In this document: one piece after another, positions 1-9,982 of the stretch
How the letters are laid out: the number at the start of each line of letters is the position of its first letter
Position numbering within the stretch: the first letter of the stretch is position 1
Assembly: GCA_963662315.1 (NCBI GenBank)
Contig: OY759353.1
Location: 3,456,001-3,520,000, forward strand
Direction: 5' to 3'
DNA: 64,000 bases
DNA from: Geopsychrobacteraceae bacterium
GTDB lineage: Bacteria; Desulfobacterota; Desulfuromonadia; Desulfuromonadales; Geopsychrobacteraceae
Translations under genes and position numbers: made by a program
The notes under the pieces: model-generated
The model's database searches: none
Told to the model about the DNA's origin: nothing
Seen by the model: the letters and a program-made list of their open reading frames with translations, nothing else

Positions 1-410
1 TTTTGGGTGGCCTGGTATCTCAGGCTTGCGCCGCAGACCAGTGGCATCAGTTGTCAGCGCAGGATGCAATGAAAAGTTCGCTTGGACAAGAGAAACTGAA
101 GCCGGAAATCCGCCTTTACATGAAAGGACAAAGTCACCCCAAAGTATTAAAGACGCTTGGCGAATATAAAGCCAATCAGCGTACCAATGGGGTCGGAAAA
201 TCTGCAGAAGCAGCATGTGAGAGGGTTTTTGTTTCCGCTTTGATGGCACTGCAGGATCGTGCCGTGAAAGAGGGGGGCAATGCGGTGATTGATATCTATA
301 CGATTACCAAAGACAAAAAGTTTGAAAGCGCTACGGAGTATTCCTGTATCAAAGGTGGTTTTGTCACCAATGTTGCTTTGATGGGTACCGTTGCGAAGCT
401 TGGCAAATAG
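1..410 (+). CDS. Small secreted protein of the YbjQ-like family often mis-annotated as 'excinuclease ATPase subunit' (5' partial)
   Basis: End of a signal peptide (SQACAAD); motifs RTNGVGKS..ACERVFVSALMALQDRAVKEGGNAV and C..GGFVTNVALMG. The ORF runs off the window start. Confidence 0.6.
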   Translation, partial: LGGLVSQACAADQWHQLSAQDAMKSSLGQEKLKPEIRLYMKGQSHPKVLKTLGEYKANQRTNGVGKSAEAACERVFVSALMALQDRAVKEGGNAVIDIYTITKDKKFESATEYSCIKGGFVTNVALMGTVAKLGK

Positions 411-460
411 AAAATATTGAAACGCTTCCGCGCGTGGCGAAGAAATCTAAAAAATACTAA

Positions 461-509
461 TAAAAACAAAAAGGTTATGGCATGTGACGCTATAGCCTTT
501 TTGTTTTTA
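461..509. terminator. Inverted repeat / intrinsic terminator
   Basis: taaaaacaaaaaggttatggc-N7-gctatagcctttttgttttta downstream of the first CDS. Confidence 0.65.
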
Positions 510-1048
510 CCGGTGGGTGAGGGGGAAATGTCTTTGAGACACTTGTTTTGTCCTCGATAGAAAGGATTTTCCCATAGTTAGGCAGCCGTTTTTTCTGTTA
601 AAAAAAATTAAACAATGCTACTGTACATTAATATTTCTTAGGAAATTAAATAGTCCAAATTGGCAATATTGGACTGTTAAGTGCTTTTTCTGTGCCTGAT
701 GACGTAAGACTGGCGCTTTTGGAATGCGGCTGCTTATGCTGACCTTTTCAGGAAACGAACCACTTGCTTGCGTAATTCTCGTATTGTGTCTGCTGCGTGG
801 GTAGTTGGCATCCTCCTGATTTATACCCGCTCGTGACACTCTATAAAAAATAACCACTGTACCACCAAGTTAATATAAGAATTTATCAATATTTTTCTGG
901 TTTTGAAGAATCTCCGTCTCGCGTTTCATTTGGACGCTTCGCAAGGCCAACCTTTGATTTGTTGCGAAGTACGTTTTCTTACTGAGGTCTTCCGTTGTCC
1001 GTTGTGCTTGAAGGGATTGGCGGGCTAAAGATCAAGAAGGGGTGTGTG

Positions 1049-1314
1049 GTGAAGCTATTCCAAAGGATAAACTACGATATTGATACCCTGCCGACCATGC
1101 CAACTATCGCAGCCCAGGTCATTGAACTGATCAAGTCACCCTGCTCTTCAGTTGAGAAATTGGCCTTTGCTGTCGCCAAGGATCCTGGCTGCAACTTGCC
1201 GGAGCAAAGCACCTGGGGCTCTCTCAGTCCGATCTGGATCCGCTTGGCGGTGAATTTCAAAAAATCTTTACCGCGAACCGGAGCGCATTTCTTGCCAGAT
1301 GGCGGGAAAGCTGA
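1049..1314 (+). pseudogene. HDOD-domain protein remnant with large internal deletion and frameshift
   Basis: N-terminus IDTLPTMPTIAAQVIELIKSP.SSVEKLAFAVAKDP is the HDOD start. After ~1188 another frame reads LQLAGAKHLGLSQSDLDPLGGEFQKIFTANRSAFL, resembling an HDOD protein C-terminus. The core is missing. Confidence 0.6.
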
Positions 1315-1334
1315 AAAGGAGCTTTTTCTGCACT

Positions 1335-2630
1335 ATGAGTGATATGCCAAGCATTGAGCAAAGTCTGTTAATGCGGGTTTTGGAACAAAATCCTGCATCA
1401 ATCGTCATTACGGATCCTGATGCCACGATTACGTATGTCAACCCACGCTTTTGCGAGCTGACCGGTTATCTTTTTAACGAAGTCGTAGGGCAAAACCCGC
1501 GCATTCTTAAAGCCGACGATAGCCAGACCGATTATGTGCAGATGTGGAAAACGCTTGTCGCCGGCCATCAGTGGCGGGGTGAATTTTATAATAAAAAAAA
1601 GAATGGAGAGAATTACTGGGAACTGGCTTTGATCACCGTGATTCTGGATGCGCAAGGGCGGATCATTAACTACCTGGCGATTAAAGAGGATATCACCGAG
1701 CGCAAGCAGATCGAAGGGGAACTGGAGAGGACGGTCGCTCAGGCGATTCAGCTGTCAGCCGAACTAGAGTTTCAAAATGCCGAGATCGAAACGCAGCGCC
1801 AGGAGTTGGATAAGGCCTATACAGATCTCAAGGTGGCACAGTCGCAGATGTTGCAGCGTGAAAAAATGGCGTCGATCGGGCTGTTGGCGGCTGGTGTTGC
1901 CCATGAGATCAATAATCCGATCGGGTTTGTCTCGAGTAACCTGCGCAGCCTGGGCAAGTATTTGCACAAACTCACCGAGTATGTCGCCTTTATCGAAAGC
2001 GGGATTAAGGGCAGCCCTTTTGAGGAAGAATGTTTGCAGAAAAGACGGGCCATCAAGCTTGACTATCTGTTCGAAGATTGCACCGACCTGATTGCGGAAT
2101 CTGTCGATGGGACTGAGCGCGTCAGTAAAATTGTACAGAGCCTGAAAACCTTTTCCCGAGTCGACCAGGCCGAAGTGAAACTGACCGATTTGAACGAGTG
2201 CCTGCAGAGCGCTATTGCCATTGTCTGGAACGAGATCAAGTATAAAGCCGAGCTTGAGAAAAACTTATCGCCCCTGCCGGAGATTCTCTGCAATCCTCAG
2301 GAAATCACCCAGGTCTTTACCAATATTCTGGTCAATGCGGCACAGGCCATAGAAAAGGACGGTAAAATTCAAATCACCAGCTCCGCTGACACAAATACTG
2401 TCACCGTTAGGTTTGAAGACAATGGCTGTGGCATTCCGGAGCAGAATCTGGAACGCATCTTTGAACCATTTTTCACCACCAAGAAGGTGGGGCAGGGAAC
2501 GGGTTTAGGGATGAGTATCAGCTATGAGGTCATCAAGAAGCATGGTGGAGATATCAGGGTTGCCAGTCGGGTTGGCGAGGGAACTGTCTTTACAATGACC
2601 TTGCCTCTGCGCAGGATAGAGAAGGGATGA
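1335..2630 (+). CDS. PAS-domain sensor histidine kinase (cytoplasmic, NtrB-like)
   Basis: PAS ([36 protein letters not shown]), H-box [11 protein letters not shown]-box [36 protein letters not shown] upstream of ATG 1335. Confidence 0.92.
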   Translation: MSDMPSIEQSLLMRVLEQNPASIVITDPDATITYVNPRFCELTGYLFNEVVGQNPRILKADDSQTDYVQMWKTLVAGHQWRGEFYNKKKNGENYWELALITVILDAQGRIINYLAIKEDITERKQIEGELERTVAQAIQLSAELEFQNAEIETQRQELDKAYTDLKVAQSQMLQREKMASIGLLAAGVAHEINNPIGFVSSNLRSLGKYLHKLTEYVAFIESGIKGSPFEEECLQKRRAIKLDYLFEDCTDLIAESVDGTERVSKIVQSLKTFSRVDQAEVKLTDLNECLQSAIAIVWNEIKYKAELEKNLSPLPEILCNPQEITQVFTNILVNAAQAIEKDGKIQITSSADTNTVTVRFEDNGCGIPEQNLERIFEPFFTTKKVGQGTGLGMSISYEVIKKHGGDIRVASRVGEGTVFTMTLPLRRIEKG

Positions 2631-2768
2631 CAACAAGAACAAAAAACTCCTGAATATCAGTGGGCACTGTTGCTTTTTGCCGGGTTGATCCGGCTTATGG
2701 AGCGTAGTCGAAAACATTTCATGAGTTCAATATATGGTACATTTTCACTATGTGCGGCGGTGATTAGC

Positions 2769-3434
2769 GTGATCGAGTTTGATGAACAAGACAAGCGGAT
2801 GGTGCTCAAGCTGGTTTACTATGGACCGGCACTTTCCGGAAAAACAACAAATTTGCTGCAACTTCACGAAAAATTGAAGAAAGATGGGCGTGGTGATCTG
2901 ATGGTTCTCGATACACAGGATGATCGCACGATCTTTTTTGATCTACTGCCTTTTTTTCTGGTAGCCCCCTCTGGGTTGAAGATCAAAATAAAGGTCTACA
3001 CCGTTCCAGGGCAGGTTCGCCACGATGCGACACGAAAAGCCGTTTTGCAGCGGGTCGATGGAATCGCCTTTATTGCCGATTCACAAAAAACTGAAATGCA
3101 GAACAACTTTAACAGTTTTGAGAATCTTGAGAAAAACCTGGCCCTTGTTGGTCTCGATATTGAGAAGCTGCCACTGATCATTCAGTTCAATAAGCGTGAT
3201 CTGGACGCTATTATCAGCAAAGAAGAGATTATAAAAACGTGGCGGCATACGGGAATCCCGGTTGGCCTGGCAGCGGCGCTGAAAGGCAAAGGCGTGGTTG
3301 AAACATTCCAGAAACTGCTGGAAGTAACGTATGTGCATATTGACAAGCAGTATGGACTTGCATCGCAGCATAAACTTTCCAAGGACGATTTCATCAGGCA
3401 GATTTTAATGCTGCATGAGACTCCTGCAGGGTGA
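2769..3434 (+). CDS. MglA-family small Ras-like GTPase (orphan, no MglB)
   Basis: KLVYYGPALSGKTTNL (G1), DDRTIFFDLLP (switch I Arg/Thr), YTVPGQV (G3), NKRD (G4); start approximate (GTG 2769). Confidence 0.88.
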   Translation: MIEFDEQDKRMVLKLVYYGPALSGKTTNLLQLHEKLKKDGRGDLMVLDTQDDRTIFFDLLPFFLVAPSGLKIKIKVYTVPGQVRHDATRKAVLQRVDGIAFIADSQKTEMQNNFNSFENLEKNLALVGLDIEKLPLIIQFNKRDLDAIISKEEIIKTWRHTGIPVGLAAALKGKGVVETFQKLLEVTYVHIDKQYGLASQHKLSKDDFIRQILMLHETPAG

Positions 3435-3462
3435 GGCTGAAGAGGGGAAAGGACTGCAAAGT

Positions 3463-4761
3463 ATGACATCCGACCAGAAGCTGGAATTTGTCGTCGGTGC
3501 AGAAAAGCACCTGCGTGATGTCCTGTCCAGGACCGATGTGTTGCCGTTGCTTCAGGCAGCAGTGCAGATGGGAGTTATGCAGGCCGGTATTTATGATGAT
3601 TGTGGCAGGAGTCTCTGGTTGGAGCCGGAGACAATGCCATGTTCGGCAGCGCAGCAGGAAACGGTAAAAGCGACTTTACTGCTCGAAGGTGAACCGGTTG
3701 GAGAGTTGCGACTTGTTGCACAGCAAAGGGGTTCCGCTGCAGCGCTGCAAAACATGGCTGACTTGCTGAGGCATGCGCTGAACAGTTTGATCAGTGGCAA
3801 CCTGAAAAGAATTCTGACCACAGAAATGCACACGCAGGTTGTGAATATGTCCTACGAAGAATTACTGGATGCCAACCAGCGTCTGCAGGCTTCGGAGAAA
3901 AAATATCGTGATCTTGCTGCCAATCTTGATCGGCGGGTTCAGGAACGTACGGAGGAATTGAAGAGAGCCTATGCTCAGCTGATTCAGCAGGAAAAAATGG
4001 CGTCCATAGGGCAGCTTGCAGCCGGGATTGCTCATGAAATCAACAACCCCCTCGGCTTTGTATTGAGTAACTTGAAAACTTTGCAACGCTACTGTGATCG
4101 CTTCACAGAGATGCATGCGTTGTATCATGAATGGATCGTCGCAGGTGTTGACGCCAGCCGGGCCAGAGAACAGGAGCAGCACGAGCGGGAACGGTTAAAA
4201 ATTGCAGTGGTTGAAGATGATCTGGCCGATGTTTTTGAAGAAAGCTTTACCGGGGTGCTCAGAGTCAAGAAGATCGTTGCAGATCTGAAGGGATTTACCC
4301 ATATCGATGCGCTGGGAGAGGAACAGATCGATCTTCATCAGGAGATTGAGCGCGTTTTAAGTGTGCTTGCCCACGAGATTCCAGCGGGAACCCGGATTAC
4401 AAAGAATTTTTCAGAACTTCCCCCTTTGACCTGTTTAGGCAGTCAGGTGGGACAGCTGTTCCTGAACTTGCTGCGCAATGCCTTTCAATCACGGTCGGAG
4501 GGGCTTGAGGTTGAGATATCAACCATCTGGGAAGGGCATCAGTTTACGATTGTCATTGCCGATAATGGACCCGGCATCCCGGATGATATTCGCGAGAAGA
4601 TTTTTGAACCTTTTTTTACCACCAGAGATGTCGGACAAGGCGTTGGACTGGGGTTGTCAGTTGCTTATGACGTTGTCAAAGAATTGCACGGAAAGATTCA
4701 CTGCTCAGAGCGCCCGGGCGGCGGAGCCGTTTTTGAGATAAACTTGCCCGAAGGGAAGTAA
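3463..4761 (+). CDS. Cytoplasmic sensor histidine kinase with short N-terminal PocR/GAF-like region and coiled coil
   Basis: [49 protein letters not shown]; no transmembrane segment seen. Confidence 0.9.
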   Translation: MTSDQKLEFVVGAEKHLRDVLSRTDVLPLLQAAVQMGVMQAGIYDDCGRSLWLEPETMPCSAAQQETVKATLLLEGEPVGELRLVAQQRGSAAALQNMADLLRHALNSLISGNLKRILTTEMHTQVVNMSYEELLDANQRLQASEKKYRDLAANLDRRVQERTEELKRAYAQLIQQEKMASIGQLAAGIAHEINNPLGFVLSNLKTLQRYCDRFTEMHALYHEWIVAGVDASRAREQEQHERERLKIAVVEDDLADVFEESFTGVLRVKKIVADLKGFTHIDALGEEQIDLHQEIERVLSVLAHEIPAGTRITKNFSELPPLTCLGSQVGQLFLNLLRNAFQSRSEGLEVEISTIWEGHQFTIVIADNGPGIPDDIREKIFEPFFTTRDVGQGVGLGLSVAYDVVKELHGKIHCSERPGGGAVFEINLPEGK

Positions 4762-7179
4762 ATGTCCAAATTCGCCCAACTCTTCAAATCTGGAGATACT
4801 CACCGGAGGGTGCTCAGCGCCGACCCGGAGCCGTCCGACTCGCCTGGTCCGGAAGAGGACCAGTTTACCCTGCTGTTTGTGGATGATGAACCCAGTGTTC
4901 TCAGCTCCTTGAAACGAATTTTTCTCGATGAAAATTACCGTATTCTGACCGCTGGCGGTCCTTTACTCGCCATAGATATTCTGGCCCGTGAAAAAGTTCA
5001 TCTGATCATATCGGATTACCGAATGCCGGAGATGACAGGTGCCGAGTTCTTGAAGAAGGTCAAAGAGGAATATCCGGACTCTCTGCGCATTATGCTGACC
5101 GGGGATGCCGATATCCAGTCTGTGATGGGCGCGATAAATGAAGGAGCGGTCTATAAATTTATTACCAAGCCCTGGAATGATGAGGATCTCCGCCTGACGG
5201 TCAGTCTCGCCCTGCAACAGTACGTTCTGGTGCAGGAAAATAAAAAGTTAAAACAGCTTACCGATAAGCAGAAGCTGGAGATTAATAATTTTTCCTCGCT
5301 GCTCGGCGAAAATCATGCGTTTCTTTCCAATCTCCTCGAAAAGGCGGGGGTTCTGGATCAGCACAGTTTTCAGCGGGCGATTAAGGACGGGTTGCCAAAT
5401 GAATATATTATCCAGACTCTGGAACGTTTGGGGCTGGCCAGGGAAAAGGATGTTGCCAAAGCGCTGCAGGATAAATTGAAGCTGGAAGCGCTTGATCTCC
5501 GTGAACAGCATCTGTCTTCGGAAGTGGTCGGCATTCTTCCCGCTGAGCTGTGCCGAAAAAAATGTATGGTCCCGGTGCGCTTTGAGACGAACACCCTGAC
5601 CCTGGCGATGGGGGATCCTTCCGATATCTACAATATCGACAATATCTCCCGGCTGACCGGCTTCCGCATTAAGACGGTTGTCAGTCTCTGCTCGCAAATT
5701 TTCAGTGTGCTCGATAGCCTTCAGGGGACCGAAGGGGTTGCGGGAGATTTTAATCTCAATGGACTTCTCGATATTCAGCCGCTGGATGAAGTCGACATTC
5801 TGCTGGATGAGGAGAAACAATACAGCGTCAAGGATCTTCTCGATTCTTCTGAGGTCCCTCCTATCATTCGTATCGTCAATGCGATTGTTTCAGAAGCGAT
5901 ACGCTATCAGGCCAGCGATATTCATATCGAGCCGAAAACCAAGTTCAGTGTTATTCGTTTTCGCATTGATGGCATTCTGGTCGATAAAATCAGAATCCCG
6001 GCGGAACTGCATCTTGCGACTGTATCGCGGATCAAGATTCTCGCCAAGCTCGATATCGCCGAGCGTCGCAAGCCTCAGGATGGCAGGATGACGGTCAAAT
6101 CAGGGACCCGGATGGTTGACCTGCGCGTTTCCACCATGCCGTCGATCAACGGTGAAAAAATTGTGATGCGGTTGCTCGACAAGAGTGCGGCGATAAAAAA
6201 ACTCGACCAGCTGGGGTTTATGCCCGATAGCATGGAGCAGCTCACGGCCTTAATAAAAAAACCGCAAGGAATCATTATTTCGACCGGGCCAACAGGGAGT
6301 GGCAAAACGACGACCCTGTATTCCATGCTGGCACAAATGCTGGAACGCTCGCGCAATTTTGAAACCATCGAGGATCCGGTTGAGTATTATGTTGAAGAAG
6401 CCAACCAGATCTATATCAGGGAGAAAGATGGCTTGTCCTTCCCTTCTGTGCTCAGGGCAACCCTGCGCCAGGATCCTGACGTGATTCTGGTCGGCGAGAT
6501 TCGCGATACGGAGACCGCCGATATTGCGTTTAAGGCCGCACTGACCGGACACATGGTGTTGACCAGTCTGCATACAAACAGCTCAGTAGCATCGATTACA
6601 CGCTTGATTGACCTGGGAGTAAAGCCGTACTTGATCAGTTCGGTTTTGGAAGGGATTATCGCCCAGCGCTTGGCACGTAAGCTGTGCCCGCACTGCCGTT
6701 ACCAGGCTGAAATCGATCCACAGGTCAAGAAATTGCTCAGGGTTCCGGATGATATGTTTCCTGCCGGCGTCTGGAAAGCCAAGGGGTGCAGCAGATGTGA
6801 TGCAACGGGGTATTCGGGACGGGTCGGCATTTATGAGTTGTTTACGATGAACGATGATTTCAGGCATCTGATCAGTGATGGGTACAAGGAATCGAATCTG
6901 CTCAAACTTGCGCTTTCCAGAGGTCTGGTGACCCTGATTCAGGATGGTCTCAGCAAGGTTGCGCAGGGAAAGACCTCTCTTGAGGAGTTGCTGCGTGTGC
7001 TGGGGCCTCAATTGATCCATGAACGAACCTGTCATGGTTGTCAAAGGCAGATTGGCTCCAAATATCAGTATTGCCCTTATTGCGGAGTTCCGAAACAGGA
7101 TGTTTGCCCCTCTTGCCATGAGCCGGTTGAAGGGGATTGGCTGGTGTGTGCCGTCTGTGGCGCGGGACTTGTTAAATAG
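4762..7179 (+). CDS. Receiver domain - PilB/GspE-family secretion ATPase - double zinc ribbon fusion
   Basis: REC (LFVDDE..IISDYRMP..MLTG..KPW); ASDIHIEP, RRKPQDGR, Walker A GPTGSGKT, TIEDPVE, Walker B DVILVGEIRD, His box GHMVLTSLHTN, CPHC..CSRC; C-terminal CHGC/CPYC/CPSC/CAVC. Confidence 0.92.
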   Translation: MSKFAQLFKSGDTHRRVLSADPEPSDSPGPEEDQFTLLFVDDEPSVLSSLKRIFLDENYRILTAGGPLLAIDILAREKVHLIISDYRMPEMTGAEFLKKVKEEYPDSLRIMLTGDADIQSVMGAINEGAVYKFITKPWNDEDLRLTVSLALQQYVLVQENKKLKQLTDKQKLEINNFSSLLGENHAFLSNLLEKAGVLDQHSFQRAIKDGLPNEYIIQTLERLGLAREKDVAKALQDKLKLEALDLREQHLSSEVVGILPAELCRKKCMVPVRFETNTLTLAMGDPSDIYNIDNISRLTGFRIKTVVSLCSQIFSVLDSLQGTEGVAGDFNLNGLLDIQPLDEVDILLDEEKQYSVKDLLDSSEVPPIIRIVNAIVSEAIRYQASDIHIEPKTKFSVIRFRIDGILVDKIRIPAELHLATVSRIKILAKLDIAERRKPQDGRMTVKSGTRMVDLRVSTMPSINGEKIVMRLLDKSAAIKKLDQLGFMPDSMEQLTALIKKPQGIIISTGPTGSGKTTTLYSMLAQMLERSRNFETIEDPVEYYVEEANQIYIREKDGLSFPSVLRATLRQDPDVILVGEIRDTETADIAFKAALTGHMVLTSLHTNSSVASITRLIDLGVKPYLISSVLEGIIAQRLARKLCPHCRYQAEIDPQVKKLLRVPDDMFPAGVWKAKGCSRCDATGYSGRVGIYELFTMNDDFRHLISDGYKESNLLKLALSRGLVTLIQDGLSKVAQGKTSLEELLRVLGPQLIHERTCHGCQRQIGSKYQYCPYCGVPKQDVCPSCHEPVEGDWLVCAVCGAGLVK

Positions 7180-7196
7180 GGGTCATTGGGGGGATT

Positions 7197-8168
7197 ATGC
7201 CTGCTATTCTGTTTGTCGATGATGATACTGCGGTTCTCAACTCGATTGAGCGGCTTTTTCTGGCTCATGACCAGGAAATTCTGCGCGCCAGTAGCGGTGA
7301 TGAAGCCTTGGCCCTTTTTGACCAGCATGAGATTGCGGTGATGGTGACGGATCAGCGCATGGCTGGGATGAAAGGTACGGAACTTATCAACCGGGTAAAA
7401 ATGATTTCGCCGGATACCGTGCGCATTGTTCTTTCCGGATATACGGAGTTGACTGATCTGCTGGAAGCGATCAATCGCGGGGAGATATTCCGCTTTCTGG
7501 TCAAGCCGTGGGATGATGATGACCTGCTGGAAAACGTTGAACTGGCGCGGCAACGTTATGGCCGTAATCGTGAAATGCAAAGGACCGAGGAAGCAACTCT
7601 GCTCTCTCTGGCGCAGACAATCGAATTGAAAGATGCTTATACACGCGGACACTGCGACCGGGTTGCTCGTTTTGCTGAAGGGATCGCTCGAAAGTTGGGT
7701 TTGTCGGATCTGAAAATCAAGGAAATCCGCCACGGCTCCTGGCTGCATGATTGTGGCAAGATAGGCATCCCTGACGATGTGATCAACAAGCCGATGGGGC
7801 TTGATCACTATGAAATGGTACAAATGAAGGAGCACCCGTTACATGGTGCGGAGGTGGCCCGTAAAGCGCAGCTCTCCGAAACGATCGTACAGATCATTCT
7901 TTGCCATCACGAGAAGTTTGACGGAACAGGGTATCCCAGTGGGCTTAAAGGAGCAGCGATTCCCCTGGAAGCCCGCATCGTTGCGGTTGCTGATGTCTAT
8001 GATGCGATCTCTTCGGACCGACCGTACCGGAAAGCGTGTGATGATATCGGAGTCGAAACCATTATGGCAGATTGCCGTGGAACTGCTCTTGATGCTGAGC
8101 TTGTTGATATTTTTATGCAAGAGGTGCTGCCAGAACTTATGGGGAAAGGACTGAATGTGGACCTGTAA
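7197..8168 (+). CDS. Response regulator with HD-GYP cyclic-dinucleotide phosphodiesterase domain (RpfG-like)
   Basis: REC (FVDDD..TDQRM..KPW); YTRGHCDRV, LHDCGKIG, HHEKFDGTGYPSGL, ADVYDAI..RPY. Confidence 0.93.
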   Translation: MPAILFVDDDTAVLNSIERLFLAHDQEILRASSGDEALALFDQHEIAVMVTDQRMAGMKGTELINRVKMISPDTVRIVLSGYTELTDLLEAINRGEIFRFLVKPWDDDDLLENVELARQRYGRNREMQRTEEATLLSLAQTIELKDAYTRGHCDRVARFAEGIARKLGLSDLKIKEIRHGSWLHDCGKIGIPDDVINKPMGLDHYEMVQMKEHPLHGAEVARKAQLSETIVQIILCHHEKFDGTGYPSGLKGAAIPLEARIVAVADVYDAISSDRPYRKACDDIGVETIMADCRGTALDAELVDIFMQEVLPELMGKGLNVDL

Positions 8169-8629
8169 GTCATTGTTCCATGGTTCGGCAGGATAAACAG
8201 TTCCTTTCCTTAATGCATATACGAATTCAGAGCCTTTAACTCCTCCCCTTTTTCCCCTTCATAGTCTGGAAATTATGCCCCTTCCTTCAGAATATTTCCC
8301 TGATATGACCAAGTCACGCTCGCAGCTTTGAAAAGCTCCACACTATTGGTATAAGGACCCCTCTCTAAGGCACTTTCAAGAGACAATATTCGGTCATAGT
8401 GAAAACGCCTTAAAGCCGTTGCCTTTTCTTATGTTCTTATTGTGTCTGAAAAGTTTATTGTGCAAATGATCAACTTGAAAAAATAGGTAAATTATCTACC
8501 CATTTTCTTTGTATGCTCTCATGATAAATATGAAAAATCCTATTTGTAAAAGGTATTTACTTAGATTTTATCTATGATATTATCTACCCATATATCTATT
8601 CATTTGCTGCGCATCTAAACGAGGTCATT

Positions 8630-9982
8630 ATGGGGCGTACAGAAGGTCAAGACACTCAACTTCGACAGATACTGAGCATGGGGAGCCAAACAAGTTCCTT
8701 CCTTCAACAGCGCCTTAACCTCAGTCAGTCTGCTATCTCACGGACAATCGAAAGACTTGCGCCCGACGTTATTCTTTTGGGGGCAGCCCGATCTGCCAGG
8801 TATGGCCTGCAGAGACAAACCCATCCGCAGCTTGAGACTGTAATTCCCCTTTACCAGGTAGATACAAACGGCGATGTGAGCCCTTACGGGAAACTTTTCA
8901 CTCTGGCAGCGAATGAATACGGCTTACAGCTCCATGAAAGCGCTAAAATCAATTTTCTTGACCATGTGCCCTATCCTATTCAAAACATGTATCCTGAAGG
9001 GTTTATGGGCCGCTCATTTGCGCATAGATATGCCAGAGAACTGGATCTGCCAAAGGACTTAAACGTATGGACTGACGTGCATGCATTGGTGGCTCTAACA
9101 TCCTGTGGTGAAGATATGCCAGGATGTTTGATAATCGGACAAGAATCACTTGAACGCTATTGGGAAGAGGTGGCAACTGATCCGACAATCCTGTCAGCTG
9201 AAGACAAGGGCAGAGCTTATAATGATTTAGCAATCATGGCAATTGAAGGGGAGGTGCCCGGATCATCTGCAGGTGGAGAACAGCCCAAATTTACGGCTAT
9301 TGTCGAGGGGCCAGATGGGCCGTATCGAGTTATTGTCAAATTTGCTTCAAGACATTCAGATGAAGGAAAAAGGTGGGCAGATCTATTAATTTGCGAAAAC
9401 ATTGCATCAGAAACCCTTACCAATAATGGGTTCAACAGTGCTGCCACCAGAATTTTACAAACTGAAAATTGGACTTTTCTGGAATCGGCAAGATTTGACA
9501 GAACAGGACTTTGGGGGCGGATTCCTCTGTTCTCAATGAAGACCCTGGAGGCGGAATTCATCGGTGGTTGTGGCACCTGGTCGGAATGCGCAGAGGAGTT
9601 CAATAGAAACGGGTATATATCCAATGAAGATAGGTCCCTTATTCAGCAGCTTGAGGGCTTTGGAGCTTTGATTGGAAATACCGATATGCATTTGGGCAAC
9701 TTGTCATTTTATTCAAATAATGGCGAGTTTGACTTGGCGCCGGTCTATGACATGACGTCCATGATTTACCGACCAAGGGCTGGTGGCATCATGTCTTCTG
9801 AACCCCTCAGTTTTAAAGGTCTGCCACTGGCCTCCTCTTCCAGAGAGATAAGAGCTCTTGCGCGAGAGTTTTGGGAACGTGCTGCCAATGACGAACGTTT
9901 GTCGGATGCCTTCCGAGAATTATGCAAGAAAAATTCAAAAACATTTGAAAGTTTCGAAAATCGGCCAGCTTTGAAAATGTAG
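8630..9982 (+). CDS. HipA-family Ser/Thr kinase toxin, YjjJ (HipH)-like, with N-terminal HTH
   Basis: HTH (LNLSQSAISRTI), PEGFMGR, Gly loop GSSAGGEQPKF, RFDR, IGNTDMHLGN, LAPVYDM. Confidence 0.85.
   Translation: MGRTEGQDTQLRQILSMGSQTSSFLQQRLNLSQSAISRTIERLAPDVILLGAARSARYGLQRQTHPQLETVIPLYQVDTNGDVSPYGKLFTLAANEYGLQLHESAKINFLDHVPYPIQNMYPEGFMGRSFAHRYARELDLPKDLNVWTDVHALVALTSCGEDMPGCLIIGQESLERYWEEVATDPTILSAEDKGRAYNDLAIMAIEGEVPGSSAGGEQPKFTAIVEGPDGPYRVIVKFASRHSDEGKRWADLLICENIASETLTNNGFNSAATRILQTENWTFLESARFDRTGLWGRIPLFSMKTLEAEFIGGCGTWSECAEEFNRNGYISNEDRSLIQQLEGFGALIGNTDMHLGNLSFYSNNGEFDLAPVYDMTSMIYRPRAGGIMSSEPLSFKGLPLASSSREIRALAREFWERAANDERLSDAFRELCKKNSKTFESFENRPALKM

Noticed and set aside
618..857. 79-aa minus-strand ORF
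   Set aside because: No recognisable motif; lies in the AT-rich upstream region of the signalling operon
8170..8480. Search for a duplicated selC 3' end (att site) at the island's left edge
   Set aside because: No recognisable copy of TGGCGGAGGTAG was found; only an unidentifiable short minus-strand ORF fragment, so the boundary remains uncertain
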